Shown: positions 26,742 through 39,987 of the stretch, piece by piece
Layout: the number at the start of each line of letters is the position of its first letter
Position numbering within the stretch: the first letter of the stretch is position 1
Assembly: GCF_018350175.1 (NCBI RefSeq)
Contig: NC_058369.1
Coordinates: forward strand, 27,592,001 to 27,656,000
DNA from: Felis catus
Lineage: Eukaryota
Length of the DNA stretch: 64,000 nt
Reading direction: 5' to 3'
Translations under genes and position numbers: made by a program
Notes under the pieces: generated by a model
What the model was told of the DNA's origin: nothing
Seen by the model: only the letters and a program-made list of their open reading frames with translations
Database searches by the model: none

Positions 26742-26952
26742 CATGAGTTCTCAATTGAGGGCAATTTTGCTCCATGGGGAATATTTGACAATGTCTGGAG
26801 ACATTTTTTTGGTTGTCACAGCTTGGTGGGAGATGCTACTGGCTTCTAGTGGGTGGAGACCATGGATGCTTCTACATATCTTGCAATGTACAGCCCCATC
26901 TACACGACTAAGAGTTACCTGGTTCAAAACATCAACAATGTTGTTAAAACCG
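26742..26952 (+). mobile_element. MER20 (hAT-Charlie MITE)
   Basis: gttctcaatt...attttgc...caatgtctggagacatttttttggttgtcaca...gatgctactggcttctagtgggtggagacca. Confidence 0.92.
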
Positions 26953-26994
26953 TTCATTACTACGGGACACAGATCAGTGTGGACTCATTTCCTA

Positions 26995-27115
26995 AATGTT
27001 TCCTTCACTAGACTGAAAAATCCACGTGAGCAGGGACCATGGTTGATTTCAGTTCCTAACATAATGCCTAATACTTAATAAGGACTATATTTAGATTTCT
27101 GTGGGGTGAATGAAC
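26995..27115 (+). mobile_element. L2 3' end
   Basis: cactagactg...ccacgtgagcagggaccat...cctaacataatgcct...tgaatgaa. Confidence 0.6.
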
Positions 27116-27329
27116 TGTAACAGCAGAAAACACTACAGGTCATCTCTTGTCTTCAAAGCAGAGCAGACATTTCTTCCACATCAAAGTCATGAAGTAAGGT
27201 GAAAAGAAAAGTTATAGCCAAATATGATTTTGCTTATTTGGGCACAAAACACTTAGACACCTTTAATAAATCTGTCCCTTCCTCCTACATGCCCACCTTC
27301 CCTACACCAGTAACCAGAGCCACAGCTAG

Positions 27330-28255
27330 ACCCTAATAGTAAGTTTTGTAATCTTACCACCTAAGTATTTCTACAGTCTACTCACATCTCTCCTTTGTTA
27401 CTGCTACAAGGCATGGACAAGCCATCATCGTCATCTCTAATGGGTCACCCTGTTTTTGCTTTTGGTCTCTAACTTCCACTCTCTACACAGTAATAACCTT
27501 GCACAGGTACTAATCACAGCACATCATTCTTGTATTCAAAACCTGCTCAAGTCCTTACTGGAGCTTAAAATGCCTTATAAGGTCTGGCATCTGCCCACCT
27601 CTACATCCACTAATCAAAGCACCCACTTTCCTACTTAACCAACCTATCAAGTTTCTTCTTCCTTCAGAGCCTCCATACTGGCATAGAAGGATCTTTCTCT
27701 AGATCCTTACATGGCTGGCATTGGCATTTCATCCAGTAGTCAATTTAAAAAAAAAATTTATTTTTTGAGAGAGAGATTGACAGTGTGAGCAGGAAAGGGG
27801 CAGAGAAAGAGAGGGTGACACAGAATCTGCAGCAGGCTCCAGGCTCTGAGCTGTCAGCACAGAGCCCATGCAGGGCTCGAACACATGAACTGTGAGATCA
27901 TGACCTGAGCCGAAGTTGGATGCTCAACCAACTGAGCCACCCAGGTGCCCCATACAGTAGTCAATTTAAAGTCAACTCATCAAAGAAGAAATTTTCTGAC
28001 TATACAGGATAAACAATGGCCCTCTCCCCTGCTTTATCAGACATATTACTTTGTTTTATTGTCTTCCGATTATGAGGCAAAATCTGTGAGCTTATTCCTG
28101 ATTTGTTCAGGTATACTTGTGTGGCTGGCCATCCCTCCCTGACTAGTGTGTTGGTTCCATGAGAGCAGAAAATTTGACCGTCTACTTTGCTATATTTTGA
28201 GCATAGAGCCTGGCACAAAGTAAGGGGTCAACACTTATTTGATGGATGACTAGAT
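27330..28255 (+). mobile_element. L2 3' region interrupted by a Can-SINE
   Basis: caagccatcatc, aaggtctggcat, ctagatccttacatggctgg, ccatgagagcag, agagcctggcacaaagtaag...atttgatggatga. Confidence 0.75.
27747..27951 (-). mobile_element. Can-SINE (SINEC_Fc type)
   Basis: Antisense body ending cccaggtgcccc; TSD at(c/a)cagtagtcaattt (27731-27746 / 27952-27967). Confidence 0.97.
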
Positions 28256-29136
28256 TTCTCAAGAGTGAACGAAATGATATGTAAATGAACTATGACGAGA
28301 AAAAAAGGCCTCATCTGAAAAGAGTTATGCATAAACTTCCACTTGCAAAAACATTTTCTAGAATTTCCAAATTAACCCCCAAATTGCATCCTTTGTTTAA
28401 CTACAATCAACCCAACATAAGACTAATTATCAGAACAATTTTTAAAAAGTGGTTAACGTTTACCAATCACTAGATATAGCTCAAATTAAATTAACAATGT
28501 GTTAGTATAAGTCACCTGCATTATTTTCAGGAGCACTAAATAAAAGTTCATCCTATATTTTTAAATCTCTTATAAGCAGAGACAATGAAATAATGGAATG
28601 AAAATACGTGAAATAATTTTAGTAATTCTCAATACATAACCATAGCAATAATTTCTTAGGCTTCCAAATATGGTTCAGCAATGTGGACCGGCATGGTATG
28701 AAAATAAACTTAAGTGTGTTTCCCTTTTATAGGTTTTGTTACTGTGAAAAAAAATCATTAAAATATTTAGTATTCACAGGCAGCATCTGAGGCAGGACTA
28801 GGAGTGTGCCATCCCTTGCAAAAACCTGGAACATATACAAGTGTAATGTTGCTTTTTTAGGACCATGTGATATATTTGTGTTCATGTCGGCTGTAAAGAA
28901 AAGAAGCCAGAAATATGTTGGCAGTGGTTGGGAGGGTGGGTAGATGATGGCATATTGAATCCAGCATAGTCAATGATGAGAAGAACAATTGTAAATCGCC
29001 ATATACACCTCATCTTGCTCTGCCTTCTGCCCATGTTTCCAACTCCAGGTGTTACCTCTGACAACATCCCCTTACTGGTAATGTTCTAAACTTGTTAGAG
29101 TCTTGGGGTACCTGTGTCTTCACTGATCCCACAAAT

Positions 29137-29333
29137 CAATGTAATCCAACAGAACTTTCCACAGTGAAGGAAATGATATAATTCTGCACTAATGAGGTAG
29201 CTCCTAAACATATGTGGCCAATGAGCACCTGAAATGTGGCTTGTGCAACCAAGGATCTGGACGTTTAATTTCATTTTAATAAAATTTGCCACATGCAATG
29301 TATGCCAAGTGACTAGCATATTGCACAACACAA
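29137..29333 (+). mobile_element. MER3 (hAT-Charlie MITE)
   Basis: tccaacagaactttc...ggaaatg...atatgtggccaatgagcacctgaaatgtggct...atattgcacaacaca. Confidence 0.85.
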
Positions 29334-29519
29334 GACTAAAAGGCTTGTGTTACCCTGTGCCACCCCCCCTTGTTGGTCTAGCAACATCCTAATCATCCTA
29401 TAAGACTCAACAAAAATGTCCCCTCCTGTTCCTGTTCCCTCTGTGGTGGGTGCAATATTTTGAAATATTTGAATATTTTGAAAATATTCATTTATCACTC
29501 TATTATAATTACTTTATGA

Positions 29520-29636
29520 CATGTTGTTCCTTCCACTAGATGTGACTCTCTCGAGGGCAGGGACTCTGGATCATCTCTAAATCCTTAGTTCAGTGTTTGG
29601 CACATGAGAATTATTTGACAAATATTTGCTGGATGC
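29520..29636 (+). mobile_element. L2 3' end
   Basis: ccactagatgtgactctctcgagggcagggact...cagtgtttggcaca...aaatatttgctggatg. Confidence 0.75.
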
Positions 29637-29731
29637 TCAAGTGAGAGAGTGAAACCATCTTTAGATGTGAGTAAATATAAGCAGAGCTTCCCAGGAAAGT
29701 TCTTTCCCAGAGAAGGTTTTACTGACTTCAT

Positions 29732-30024
29732 TCAAGAAGTTGCAAACCAGGTATGACCTTCAATTTGGTAGTGTTTTGCCATGTGTATTTTTTAAATGAA
29801 GAGTCTTTTTTTTTCCAGTGTTAAAAACTAATATTTCCAGGAATAATTATTAGATCTGGAAATTTTAGTCTTACATTCCTGCTTGGCAAGAATGAACCAG
29901 AAAGGAACATGCAGCTGCATCTTTTAAATAATAAATACATTCTACAGATTTTGTTTTCTTACTCCCAGCTGACTTTAATCATTTATGGTCTCTTTCTTCT
30001 GTGGGCATTTGACCTTATAACTCT
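29732..30024 (-). mobile_element. MER102-like hAT-Charlie MITE
   Basis: Termini caagaagttgcaaacc ... tcatttatg...ctgtgggcatttgaccttataactcta. Confidence 0.55.
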
Positions 30025-30089
30025 AGACGCTGAATGAAGAGCCATGAAGCTCAAGATGAGATACTGATCTTTTACTTACAGTAGTAAAA

Positions 30090-30320
30090 TAATAATAGTA
30101 ACAGCAACAACAGCAAGGGCTGCTAACTTTTACTGAGTATCACATGCCAGGTGTTCTGCTAGGCAAGTAATACACATTGTCAGAAAGAAGCCTTCAAACT
30201 ACTCTATGACCTAGAAAATATTTTTAGCCTCATTTTGTCAGTGAGGAGACTGAGACTCCCAATGAATGAAATTGGCTATCAGCAAAAGTTTTGTCTCTAG
30301 GTCTGACTGTCGCCAGAGTC
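30090..30320 (-). mobile_element. MIR SINE
   Basis: tactgagtatcacatgccagg...ctcattttgtcagtgaggagactgagactc. Confidence 0.75.
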
Positions 30321-30846
30321 CTTGCTGCCATCTCCCCACTACAATAGCCTCACCTATCCACGTTTTTCCAGGCCTGGATTCAGACCCTGAGCACTATTCA
30401 AAGTGGGACCTTGGAGAGGTGACATAACCTTTCTGTGTTTTGTTCTTCCACTAGCAATGAACTTCAGAAATAAGAGGTGACATTACCTCCAGGGGCACAT
30501 GTGGGCATATGAGATGATGTAGGTGAAATACTGAACTTCTCAGGCATTTTCACAAATGGAAAATGACCTCATCTGAGTAGGCACATAATGGCTGGGGGTG
30601 GGTTGATACACCTGGAGTAGAGAGGCAAGAAAGGTTTTAACCATTTAAAGAAAACAATGGTATTGTGGCTTCTGCTAGCATCCAGCCTTAAACATCGAGG
30701 AACCCTCACCTAGGGAAAGAATGTCTCAATGGAACTAATAAAAATTTGGTTCCTTGTAGCTTTGTGCCAATTAGATGACATTGAAAGTATGCAAGTCAAT
30801 GGAGGGTTTAAGAATTGGGTGTTGTGGGCCCAGTACTGTGCCAGGC

Positions 30847-30997
30847 CAGTAAATGGAAATTTTTCTGTAAATATCAAGATGGTAAATAGTTTAGGCTTTG
30901 CAGGCAACATGTGAACAAACAAGTGTGGCTATGTTCCAATAAAATATTATTCGCAAAACCAGGCCATGGGCCCACTCACTATAGTTTACAAACCCTG
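30847..30997 (+). mobile_element. MER58A-like hAT MITE with internal deletion
   Basis: ttttctgtaaa...gatggtaaatagtttaggctttgc...gtgtggctatgttccaataaaa...tagtttacaaaccctg; 8-bp TSD tgccaggc/ggccaggc. Confidence 0.85.
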
Positions 30998-31874
30998 GGC
31001 CAGGCGCCATGAAGGCAGAGCAGAAGCTCAGCAGGAGACATTGTATACGCTCTTCACCTTCATCTAGCACAATAACAAAAGCAATACAAAATGGTTTCTA
31101 CTGGATTCACCTCTCTAGATAGCTCCGAACCTCTGGGGTAGAGGCCTCAACAGTGACAGTGACTTAAGCAACAGGCTCTCAGTGGCTCCAGTCCCAGACT
31201 ACCCCTAGAGGGCATGGTTTGTCTAGTGGATGGTTCCTCCTAGCAACAGTGCAGGCTGGAAAGAACAGGTGCAGTGACATGGACTTTCAGCCACATGCTA
31301 TATTAGCTCCTTGACTAAATCAACGTCAACAGATAATAAGCCTGTAGTACTTATAATGTTGGCACACAGGGATGTTAGGATTTATAAATTTTGACAAAAC
31401 CAAATGTATTTCCTCCCCCTTGTACTCTCTTTGACTTCCCCCAGGTGCCATTTCTGGTACCACCTTGCACTAAGCCATCCACTTGTGCTTGAACTGCTCA
31501 CTCCTTATGTACCATGTATTCACAGGGACTAGGGGTGGCTTCTGCCTTAGGCCAAATTGTTTGGAGTCTTTTCAGTCCTTCCTTCATGTGATCATATTGA
31601 GGTTGGTTTGTCTTTTTCCAAGTGTGTGACCAGCATGATTCAAAGAAAACATTTACTTCATGTTTTGTCTGTTAATCAAATCTTTCACTATCCTTATTCT
31701 TTTGGTTTTGTTCTCATTTAACCCTGTTTTCCTTTACAGTATTAAATCTGCTCATCTGTACACTATCTTTTGAACTTTGCTAATAGGTCTTTTACCGTCC
31801 TTACTCTCCACTGTTTTACTTTTCAAGTTAAATGGTAAAAAATATGAGTGGGCACATTATTAGGAAATTTCTTA

Positions 31875-32040
31875 GTCTGAGAGTCAGAAATCTGGAGGTT
31901 CAGCCTTAGTCTGTCCTTGCCATCTGTGGAACTCTGGGCAAATGAGTGAACATATTTGAACTTTAATTGCTTTACCTACAAAGTAAAGTCAAGTCTGCCA
32001 ATCCCAGAAAGAAGCACAAGGATTGAGTTAAATATGAAAG
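31875..32040 (+). mobile_element. MIR 5' part (host of the L1 at 32041)
   Basis: gagtcagaaatctggaggttc...ctctgggcaaat...aggattgagttaaatatg; continues at 32827. Confidence 0.55.
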
Positions 32041-32826
32041 ATTTTTCTTACAGCTCAGTAGTAAAATATATATATAATCCAATTAAAATGGCTCCAAATA
32101 GACATTTCTTCAAAGAAGTTATGCAAATGGCTGATAAGCATGTGCAAAGATGCTCAACATCATTAGCCATCCAGAATGGCTAATCCAATCCAAACCACGA
32201 TAAGATCCACTTTGCACACACTAGGATGACTATAATTAAAAAGTTAGAAAATAAATGCTGATGAGGATGTAGAGAAATTGAAACCTTCATACACTGCTGG
32301 TAGGAATGTAAAATGGTGTAGGTGTTTTAGAAAATCAGTTGGCAGTATTTCATAAGTTTAAACCATATGACCCAGCAATTCCACTCCTATGTATATACCC
32401 AAGAGAAATATGTGCCTACGCAAACACTTGTACATGAATATCAGCATTCATGGCAGCATTATTCATCAGCAGCCTTATTCCTAAAAAAGTAAATATCAAC
32501 CCAAATGGCCATTAATTGATGAATAAATGGGCAAACTTTGTACACATAATGTACAATGCCCATATATGTGAAATGTCCACAGTATGCAGTTCACAGACAA
32601 AGAAATAGATTACTTGTTTCCAGGAGCTGGAGGAAGGGGGATGGGGAGTGATTGCTCTTGGGCATGGGGTTTCTTTTGGGGGTGATAACATATTCTGAAA
32701 TTAAATACTGATGATTGCACACTCTGTGAATGCATTTAAAACCACTTAACCATTTAACTGTACATTTTAAATGGGTAAATTATATAGTATTTTAATTATA
32801 TCTGAATAAAAACTGTTATTGTAAAA
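32041..32826 (+). mobile_element. L1 3' fragment (L1MB7/8-like)
   Basis: aatagacatttcttcaaagaag, aaagatgctcaacatcattagccatc, tatgacccagcaattccactcct, 3' UTR ggggtttcttttgggggtgat...aataaaaactgttatt. Confidence 0.93.
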
Positions 32827-32885
32827 ATATAAGAGGTTTCTAACCTAGTGCCTGGCACACAGTAGGAGCTAAAAATGATAAATAT
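32827..32885 (+). mobile_element. MIR 3' end
   Basis: ctagtgcctggcacacagtaggagct. Confidence 0.6.
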
Positions 32886-32889
32886 TATT

Positions 32890-33075
32890 GGGGCACCTGC
32901 GTGGCTCAGTTGGTTATGTGGCTGTTGGTTTTAGCTCAGGTTATGATCTCATGGTTTGTGGGTATGAGCCCTGCATCATGTTTTGCAGACTGTGGAGTTT
33001 CTTGGGATTCTCTCTCTACCTCTACCTCTACGTGCACTCTCTCCCTCCCTCTCTCAAAATAAATAAATAAACACT
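32890..33075 (+). mobile_element. Can-SINE (older subfamily)
   Basis: ggggcacctgcgtggctcagttggtt...gctcaggttatgatctc...ctctcaaaataaataaataaac. Confidence 0.94.
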
Positions 33076-33639
33076 ATTTTTTTAATGGTCACTATTAATA
33101 TTATTAACTCACCTGGACATGAGTTTCTCCATTTTTAAACTGTAGTAGATTATTCTGAACCTTTCAGCTCTGTTGCTCTGAGAACCTAAGTGCTTAAATA
33201 TATGTACATTAAGATCTAGAGAAGGAAGATTATTGTGGGTTGGAGTAGTCAGGAAATATCTTTGAAGTTTGGACAGAGCAAGGGTGGAGGAAAGAGCTTC
33301 TAGAGTTACTGGAGGTAGAAATTCAACAGCACAAAGGTGGGAATGATTTATTTCTCTACTGGACCCACAAGGTAGGCAGTTTGATTAAGCAAGTGGTTCA
33401 CCAATGCAAGAGGCAAGTTGGATGAGGAGGTAAATTTCGATTTCAAAGGATCTTTAAAGCATCGGTCAAGAAGTTTGGATTTGCCAAAACACTAGAATGC
33501 CAGGATTTGAATTTAAGGAAAAGTAATGTGCCAGTTCACTTGATGTAAGTGGAGAAGGCCAGAACAATGTCCAAAAGGTACCAGTTGGCAAGGGCTTAAT
33601 GAAAGAGGATAAGAATGAGGACAGAAAAGAAATGGTAAA

Positions 33640-33704
33640 AAAATAAAATAAAATAAAATAAAATAAAATAAAATAAAATAAAATAAAATAAAATAAAATA
33701 AAAT
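33640..33704. repeat. (AAAAT)13 microsatellite
   Basis: Perfect pentanucleotide run. Confidence 0.98.
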
Positions 33705-35340
33705 AATTTTTTTAACCTGGTAAAAAAGGTACATTGTAAAGATGACAGAATTCAGAAAGAATAATCTCCTTCCTCAAGACCTAACAAAGTTAATAATAAT
33801 GGCCACAAAATAATGGTGAAAGCGAGGGCAAATTTAACAGTAGCCCCTAAATGGGAAATTAAATACATATCCATGCCATAAGATTCAAAAGTAACTGGTA
33901 GGAAAAAGGAAAGTAAGAATTAATGGAGGGAGGGAGAAAAAGAAAATAAATATAATTTTGGTGTGATTTGGAATTGCATTAAAATATCTCTCCCCAAACT
34001 TCACAAAGAGATTGGGAAAAAAATATGACATTGACAAAATTATGTGATTTTTTCTTCTAATTTCACCCATAATCAAAAGAGAAGTAGACTGAGGAATATG
34101 ATTTGGCAGCTTTGAGAAAGCCCCAGAAAACTTCTAGAGAGCAGAAGTCCAGGACTTCTGCCTACCCAAGAATGAGAATAACTATAAAAAGTGTTTGGCA
34201 ACAAAAGTTAACAGAACATGATGAACGATAGTATATAGGGAATGGGCTTCAAGAATGCGCCGGAGATGAAGCCAGGCTTGGAGTGTTCAGAGCAGGACAT
34301 TTTATGGGAGAAGGGGGATGTATTCTACTTTCAGATGCATTAAGTTTGAGCAATGTTATCACTTGAATTCAAATGTCTAAATCAACCTGACCTACAGCTA
34401 CCCAAGTAGTAAGCCTTTCGTAGGTATGTGCAGGATGAATAAGGCCACTGCATATAAAATGTTAATTGAAGATGAAAAATGAAAACAGCTGTAAACAGAT
34501 TTTCTTTAAAAAAATCACTTTTTTCAAGTACTTTCGAATCAATGGGCTCCGCGATTCTTCAAAAGTTTTGAATTTCAAACTATCTTTTTGATATTATAGA
34601 GCCATAGTCTGAGTCATCCTGCACTTAAAAAACAATTATGAGAAGTATATTAGAGAATAGAAAAACTGAATATGTAACTTCCTCCACTGACAGAAAAGAC
34701 AAAAGAATTCCTATTTTTACAACTTATTTAAAGGCTACTTAACACTTCAAAAAGATTTATGATAGGTAGATTTTGAGATAATTATTTTCTGTACCTTGGT
34801 GTTATATAATCATCAAACATGAGAAATCAAATCAATTAACAAACTTAAAAGTGCAAATACTAATTCTTTGTGAATTTGTATGTTCAGTTTTATAGAAGCT
34901 ATTACATGACTCTGAGAATGGACTTTTAATTAAAGGGAGCAACAGAGTCAACCATCAGATGTGTTCAATTACGGCCTTCCCAATGAAGCTCACTGCCCTG
35001 GGTCCAGTGAATACTTCCTTTTCAAAAGAACCTCTCAAAACAAACAAGCAAACAAACAAAAAAAAACTCAAACAAAACAAAACAAAACCTCTCTTCCTCC
35101 TCGTGCATTCTGACATTGGCTCTATAAAGGAATAACTAAACAGTCAAATGCTCTCAAATGGAGACAGTTCGGTCTTGAGTCAACAGAGTGAGACTCAAGG
35201 ATGTGAATATAAATCCTTGATTATGTGTGACTATGTATGTACATGTGTGTACTACATGCATATGTGTGTGTAAAACTTCTTGCACAAAGTCAGTTTTACT
35301 AATTTCCTACATTTTGAGAACATTCTTCTCTATCTCAAGT

Positions 35341-35499
35341 TGGGCATTTTTAACCTGGGGCTTTAAAAAATCTTAACAGTAAATGAAAATCTTTATGGTA
35401 TCTGTGTAAATATTTAAAATTTTTCTTAGCTACGGGGTTTTCAGCATTCAGCAGGGCTCTCAAAGGGGTCTGTAACGCAAAATGGATCAAGAACCACAG
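35341..35499 (+). mobile_element. Charlie4z-like hAT MITE
   Basis: ttttaacctgggg...ctctcaaaggggtctgtaac...aagaaccacag. Confidence 0.65.
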
Positions 35500-36061
35500 C
35501 ATGTAGGAACCCTAAAAATTAAAGACAGTCAAAATTTACTTAGTGAATCTGCTTGAGATGAAAAGAGAGCCAAATTCACAGTGCTTCTCAGCACGCGGTT
35601 CCTGGAGGCCCCAGTCAGTCAGTGGTGGAAACACATTGTGTCTCTACTGTCTGCATGACTCCCCCGCTCCTCCCACTATTATTTGTATATCCAGCTAATT
35701 ATTTTCTTGATTTTTCTGTCCATAAAATAAAATTCCTTAAGTGATAGAATCGATCTTATCACAGTCTTCCCTTTCTAAGGAGACTACTGTTGTTGTCACT
35801 TTGAAAACTGTAAATAGCATTCAAGATGATATTTAATTTTAAGTTTGTGCCAACATTTAGTGGAAATATCTAAGTTTTGAAATAGTAGGGAGCTCACATT
35901 CCATCTGGTGTGTTTTCATTTTATCTCCTCTTCTCAGTGAATTTTAAAAGTCAACTGCAGTGTCAATATCCTTTCTGCTATGCTAATGTGGCCTCCGTGC
36001 AGAAATCAAAGGGAGGGAGTCCTCAGGGCAAGTGGTTCTTTTTCAATTGAACTAGTTAGTG

Positions 36062-36212
36062 TCATAGAATCACAAAGTATCAGAGCTGAAAGTGTGCTTA
36101 GAGGTGGCCGAGATGAGATGAGGCCTCTCAGTTTGAGGAAAGGGAAACTGAGCCCCAGACACAGGGAACTGGCCAAGGTCTCATTAGCAACAGAGCCAGG
36201 ACGTGAGCCTCT
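36062..36212 (-). mobile_element. MIR/MIR3 SINE
   Basis: catagaatcaca...agagctgaaag...gggaaactgagccccaga...ggccaaggtc...cagagccaggac. Confidence 0.7.
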
Positions 36213-36710
36213 CTAGAGGCAAGAAGGCGGTCACATCCCAGAACCTGGATGGCCCTTCTTCAGAGCATACTGCTCCACGGTACTTAGTGGCTTCTGCTCT
36301 CTCTGTGGTTACTGTTGCTCACTTCTTATCCATATAAGGTAAGCTACTATTTCAAAGTAATCACTGGTGGGCCATTTCCCTCTTGACCCTCTCTTTCGGC
36401 TAACTGGAAGTATATCTATCTACTGTGAGGAAGCAGTGTCCTACACTCACTCACAGGGCTTCTAAGTGCAGAAGGTACTGCCCAGTACGAGCAATGATTC
36501 ATGCAGGGATAAGGAGGCTAAGCTGCTCTACCTGCCCAACCCCAGACGTGAAAAAAGACTTTCAAACTGGAAAAGGGACAGAACTAAGATAAAGCAAGTG
36601 AGAGACAAACAGAGACAGAAAGAGAGAAAGCTCATGAGCACACTCTAGGGTACTCTGCTTCCACCCTTGCCCTTCTTCCAAATCCCATGCTGAACCCTGA
36701 GGTTTGAAGA

Positions 36711-37155
36711 TACATTAATTTGATACTTCCTGCTGTAACAGATTTCTAAAAACGTACTGGCTTAAAACAGCACAGGTTTATTATCTTAGAGTTCTGGAGG
36801 TCAGAAGTCCAAAATAAGTCTCAATAGGCTAAAATCAAGATGCCAGCAGGTATGAATTCTTCTCTGGAGGGCCCATGGGAAAAAATCTGTTTTCCTGCTT
36901 CAATGACCAATGGAGTCTTTCTCAGCCTGTATCACTTTGACACTGACTGTTCCACCTACCTTATCCACATTTAAGGACCTTTGTGATTATATTGGGTCCA
37001 CTCAGGATAATTCAGGATAATCTCCCTTTTTTAAAGTCAGCTATTAGCCACTTAAATTCTATCTGCCACCTTAATTCTTTGCCATGTACCATATTTACAG
37101 GTTCTGGAAGTGAGGGCATGAGCACCCTTGGTAGACAATCATTCTACCTTTCACA
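36711..37155 (-). mobile_element. MaLR solo LTR (MLT1C/D-like), near full length
   Basis: ctgctgtaaca...ggcttaaaacagcac...gttctggaggtcagaagtcc...ggctaaaatcaag...aaggacctttgtgattatattgggtcc...ggataatctccc...cattctacctttcaca. Confidence 0.92.
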
Positions 37156-38381
37156 GTGACTTGCTGGAAACCTCCTCTGGATTGGGAATCCAAGAGTAGA
37201 AGGTACTGGTACTCAGCTTTCCCCATCCACAACTCTGGCAGCACATTGTTCCACAAAGAGAACGATCAAGTGTTGTAGTGACAACATGAGCATCTGCCAG
37301 GGAGTCCCAAATCTCCTTGCAGGTCTCAGAAAAGCATGGAAGAACAGAAAGACATTTCTGTGTCCAGGAGAAGAATGTTGAAAAGAGTCCAGAGTAAGTG
37401 CCCTTCCTGTATTGTAACCAGAGGCCTTGTAAGAACCATGGACACCTAGGGAGGCAGAAGACCATGACCATCAACCCTCAAAGGATGGTTGCCATGCTTG
37501 TGGGTGTCAGCATGGATGGAGTATACACCCGAGGACCAGGCAGGCAGATTACTTATACAGCAGAAGCCAAAGAAACAACAGCCAAGGACTACATAATCCC
37601 TGTCTGCCCCACATGACATGTGGCTCACAATGGCCCCAGAGAGCAGAATGCTGAACCAAGAGGTTGTAAACCAGAACAGGGCTGAATTATAGGACTGAGC
37701 TGATTCAGATGACGCTGGATTTGCTGACCTGAACTGGCCCTGGGCTGATGAAGTAGTCTGCTATCATGACCACGAGTTAAACCCAACTTGGGGATTAAAG
37801 AATATTTCATTTTTGTAGAGTCAAGTTGGTGATCGTGAAATTAATAACTGGGATATGGGCCACTAGTGAACCTCAGAAATAGTAAGGGATGACCTGGTGA
37901 TGGAGAAGAAACTGAAGACAAAGTGACTAGGGAGAACGAGACTTCAGAGCATTATATCTAATGTATTCTTTCTTGTGACTCTGAGCAGGAGCTCAGGGAA
38001 AATGTTATCCTGAAGAGTAATTTTTTTAACTAACAAGTCAGAGAGTGGAAACCCGACAAAGGCCACTTCTCTGGGCATTTCAGTTCAAGTGGTAAGTCAC
38101 AAACAGGCATCTCCCATGAAGGATTCACCAAAACTAAAGTCTATTTCTTTCACTACATTCACCAGCCAACTACCCATAAATGATGGTCTTCATCAATGAG
38201 TGAAGAAGAACACAATGTCTGATTATTAAAAAATTACCTACTACCTAATATTGTATTTAAATTACAGAATTTTGAACTATATAAAGTTTGGGAAATGCCA
38301 AAGAGTATGAAGAAAGAAAACAAGAGTGACCTATGATTCCATTATCCAGCTATAACCTCTCTCTCTCTCTCTCTCTCTCTC

Positions 38382-38580
38382 TTTTTAATGAGGGAGAGGG
38401 TGCACGTGTGTGCACACATGCACATGCACTTGGTGGGAGAAAGTGGCAGACAGAGAGGGAGAGAGAATCTGAAGCAGGTTCCATGTCCAGCACAGAGATG
38501 GGGCTTAATCTCACCATGAAATCATGACCTGAGCTGAAATCGAGTCAGACACTTAGCTGACTAAGTCACCCACGTGCCCC
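38382..38580 (-). mobile_element. Can-SINE (older, diverged), preceded by (CT)n at 38357-38381
   Basis: gagagaatctgaagcagg...atcatgacctgagctgaaatc...cacccacgtgcccc. Confidence 0.92.
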
Positions 38581-38690
38581 CACAATCCTTTTTAATTACT
38601 AGAAGTATGTGTTTCCATTCTATTCTCAATCTATATGCCACTATTTTCATTCAATATTATATCCCAATATTTTACAACATTAAAATTATT

Positions 38691-38929
38691 ATTGTTATTT
38701 TTTTTTATTTTTTTTTTATTTTTTTTCAATGTTTATTTATTTTGGGGACAGAGAGAGACAGAGCATGAACGGGGGAGGGGCAGAGAGAGAGGGAGACACA
38801 GAATCGGAAACAGGCTCCAGGCTCGGAGCCATCAGCCCAGAGCCTGACACGGGGCTCGAACTCCCGGACCGCGAGATCGTGACCTGGCTGAAGTCGGACG
38901 CTTAACCAACTGCGCCACCCAGGCGCCCC
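38691..38929 (-). mobile_element. Can-SINE SINEC_Fc, youngest subfamily, full length
   Basis: CpG-rich antisense body ending tgcgccacccaggcgcccc; long T tail; perfect 14-bp TSD acattaaaattatt (38677-38690 / 38930-38943). Confidence 0.98.
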
Positions 38930-39821
38930 ACATTAAAATTATTTTAAAGCACTCATCCATATATATGAATACATACCATTAAAATATATTCTTCTATTTT
39001 TTTACTTTAAATTATTTCCCAGGTAGAGAGTTTTCAAATGAAATAGATAAGTTATACAAGTTTTATAGACACATACTCTGAGGTAATGTGGAAACTATGA
39101 TACCAATAACAGCATTTTTGAGCCTATAGTGGAATAGAATAGAAATATCTATTATATTCTTGGCAGGGTGTTGACACAATTCCTCAATATGAAGGTGGAT
39201 GAGGACTATTCTATCTTAGATTGATTTATCTCAGTGCTGGTGGGGCTTTCAGGGGCTTTTCAAACTAATTGCAGGTAGATTCCAGAAATGAGTACCAGGT
39301 CCAGAGCTGGCCTTTGTGATTTGGTTCTGGAGTTACCAACAAAGTCACACTGTACCTCCAGACTAAGGCCTGATATTCCAGCTTTAAAATCCTACTCTCC
39401 TCCCATAAGGCTGTGTTAGTTTGAAAAATACTTTGTCATCTCAGGAAAGTTAACAATGTGAACTGCTCTCGTTACAATTAAGATACGGTTTCTTTCTTGA
39501 GAGGAGATTTTGACAGGAAAGAAGGTAGTACCCAAAAAGCAAGTGGAGGAATTTGCAGCTGACAAAGAAAAGCCACAGAACTGAGAAACACAAGAACTAG
39601 GCTCTGAATTCCGAGGGTCAGGGAAGTAACAGGTTCGGTTCTGCAAATGACTTTGAAGAACCTACTCCATCGAATAGTGGGATTTATTGGGTATGAAGAG
39701 GTAGGGAGGACAAAGGGGATTAAGACTCTTCTGGGAGTTCACAGAGGCAGCAGAGTGAAAGAGAACTGGGTAGTATGACTCCCCTGTCTGTTTTTCTCTC
39801 CCCACTCCCCTCGCCCCTTTT

Positions 39822-39987
39822 TTCCTTCCTTCCTTCCTTCCTTCCTTCCTTCCTTCCTTCCTTCCTTCCTTCCTTCCTTCCTTTTCTCTCTCCTCTCTTT
39901 TCCCTTCCCTTCCCTTCCCTTCCCTTCCCTTCCCTTCCCTTCCATTCTATTCTATTCTATTCTATTCTATTCTATTCTATTCTATTC

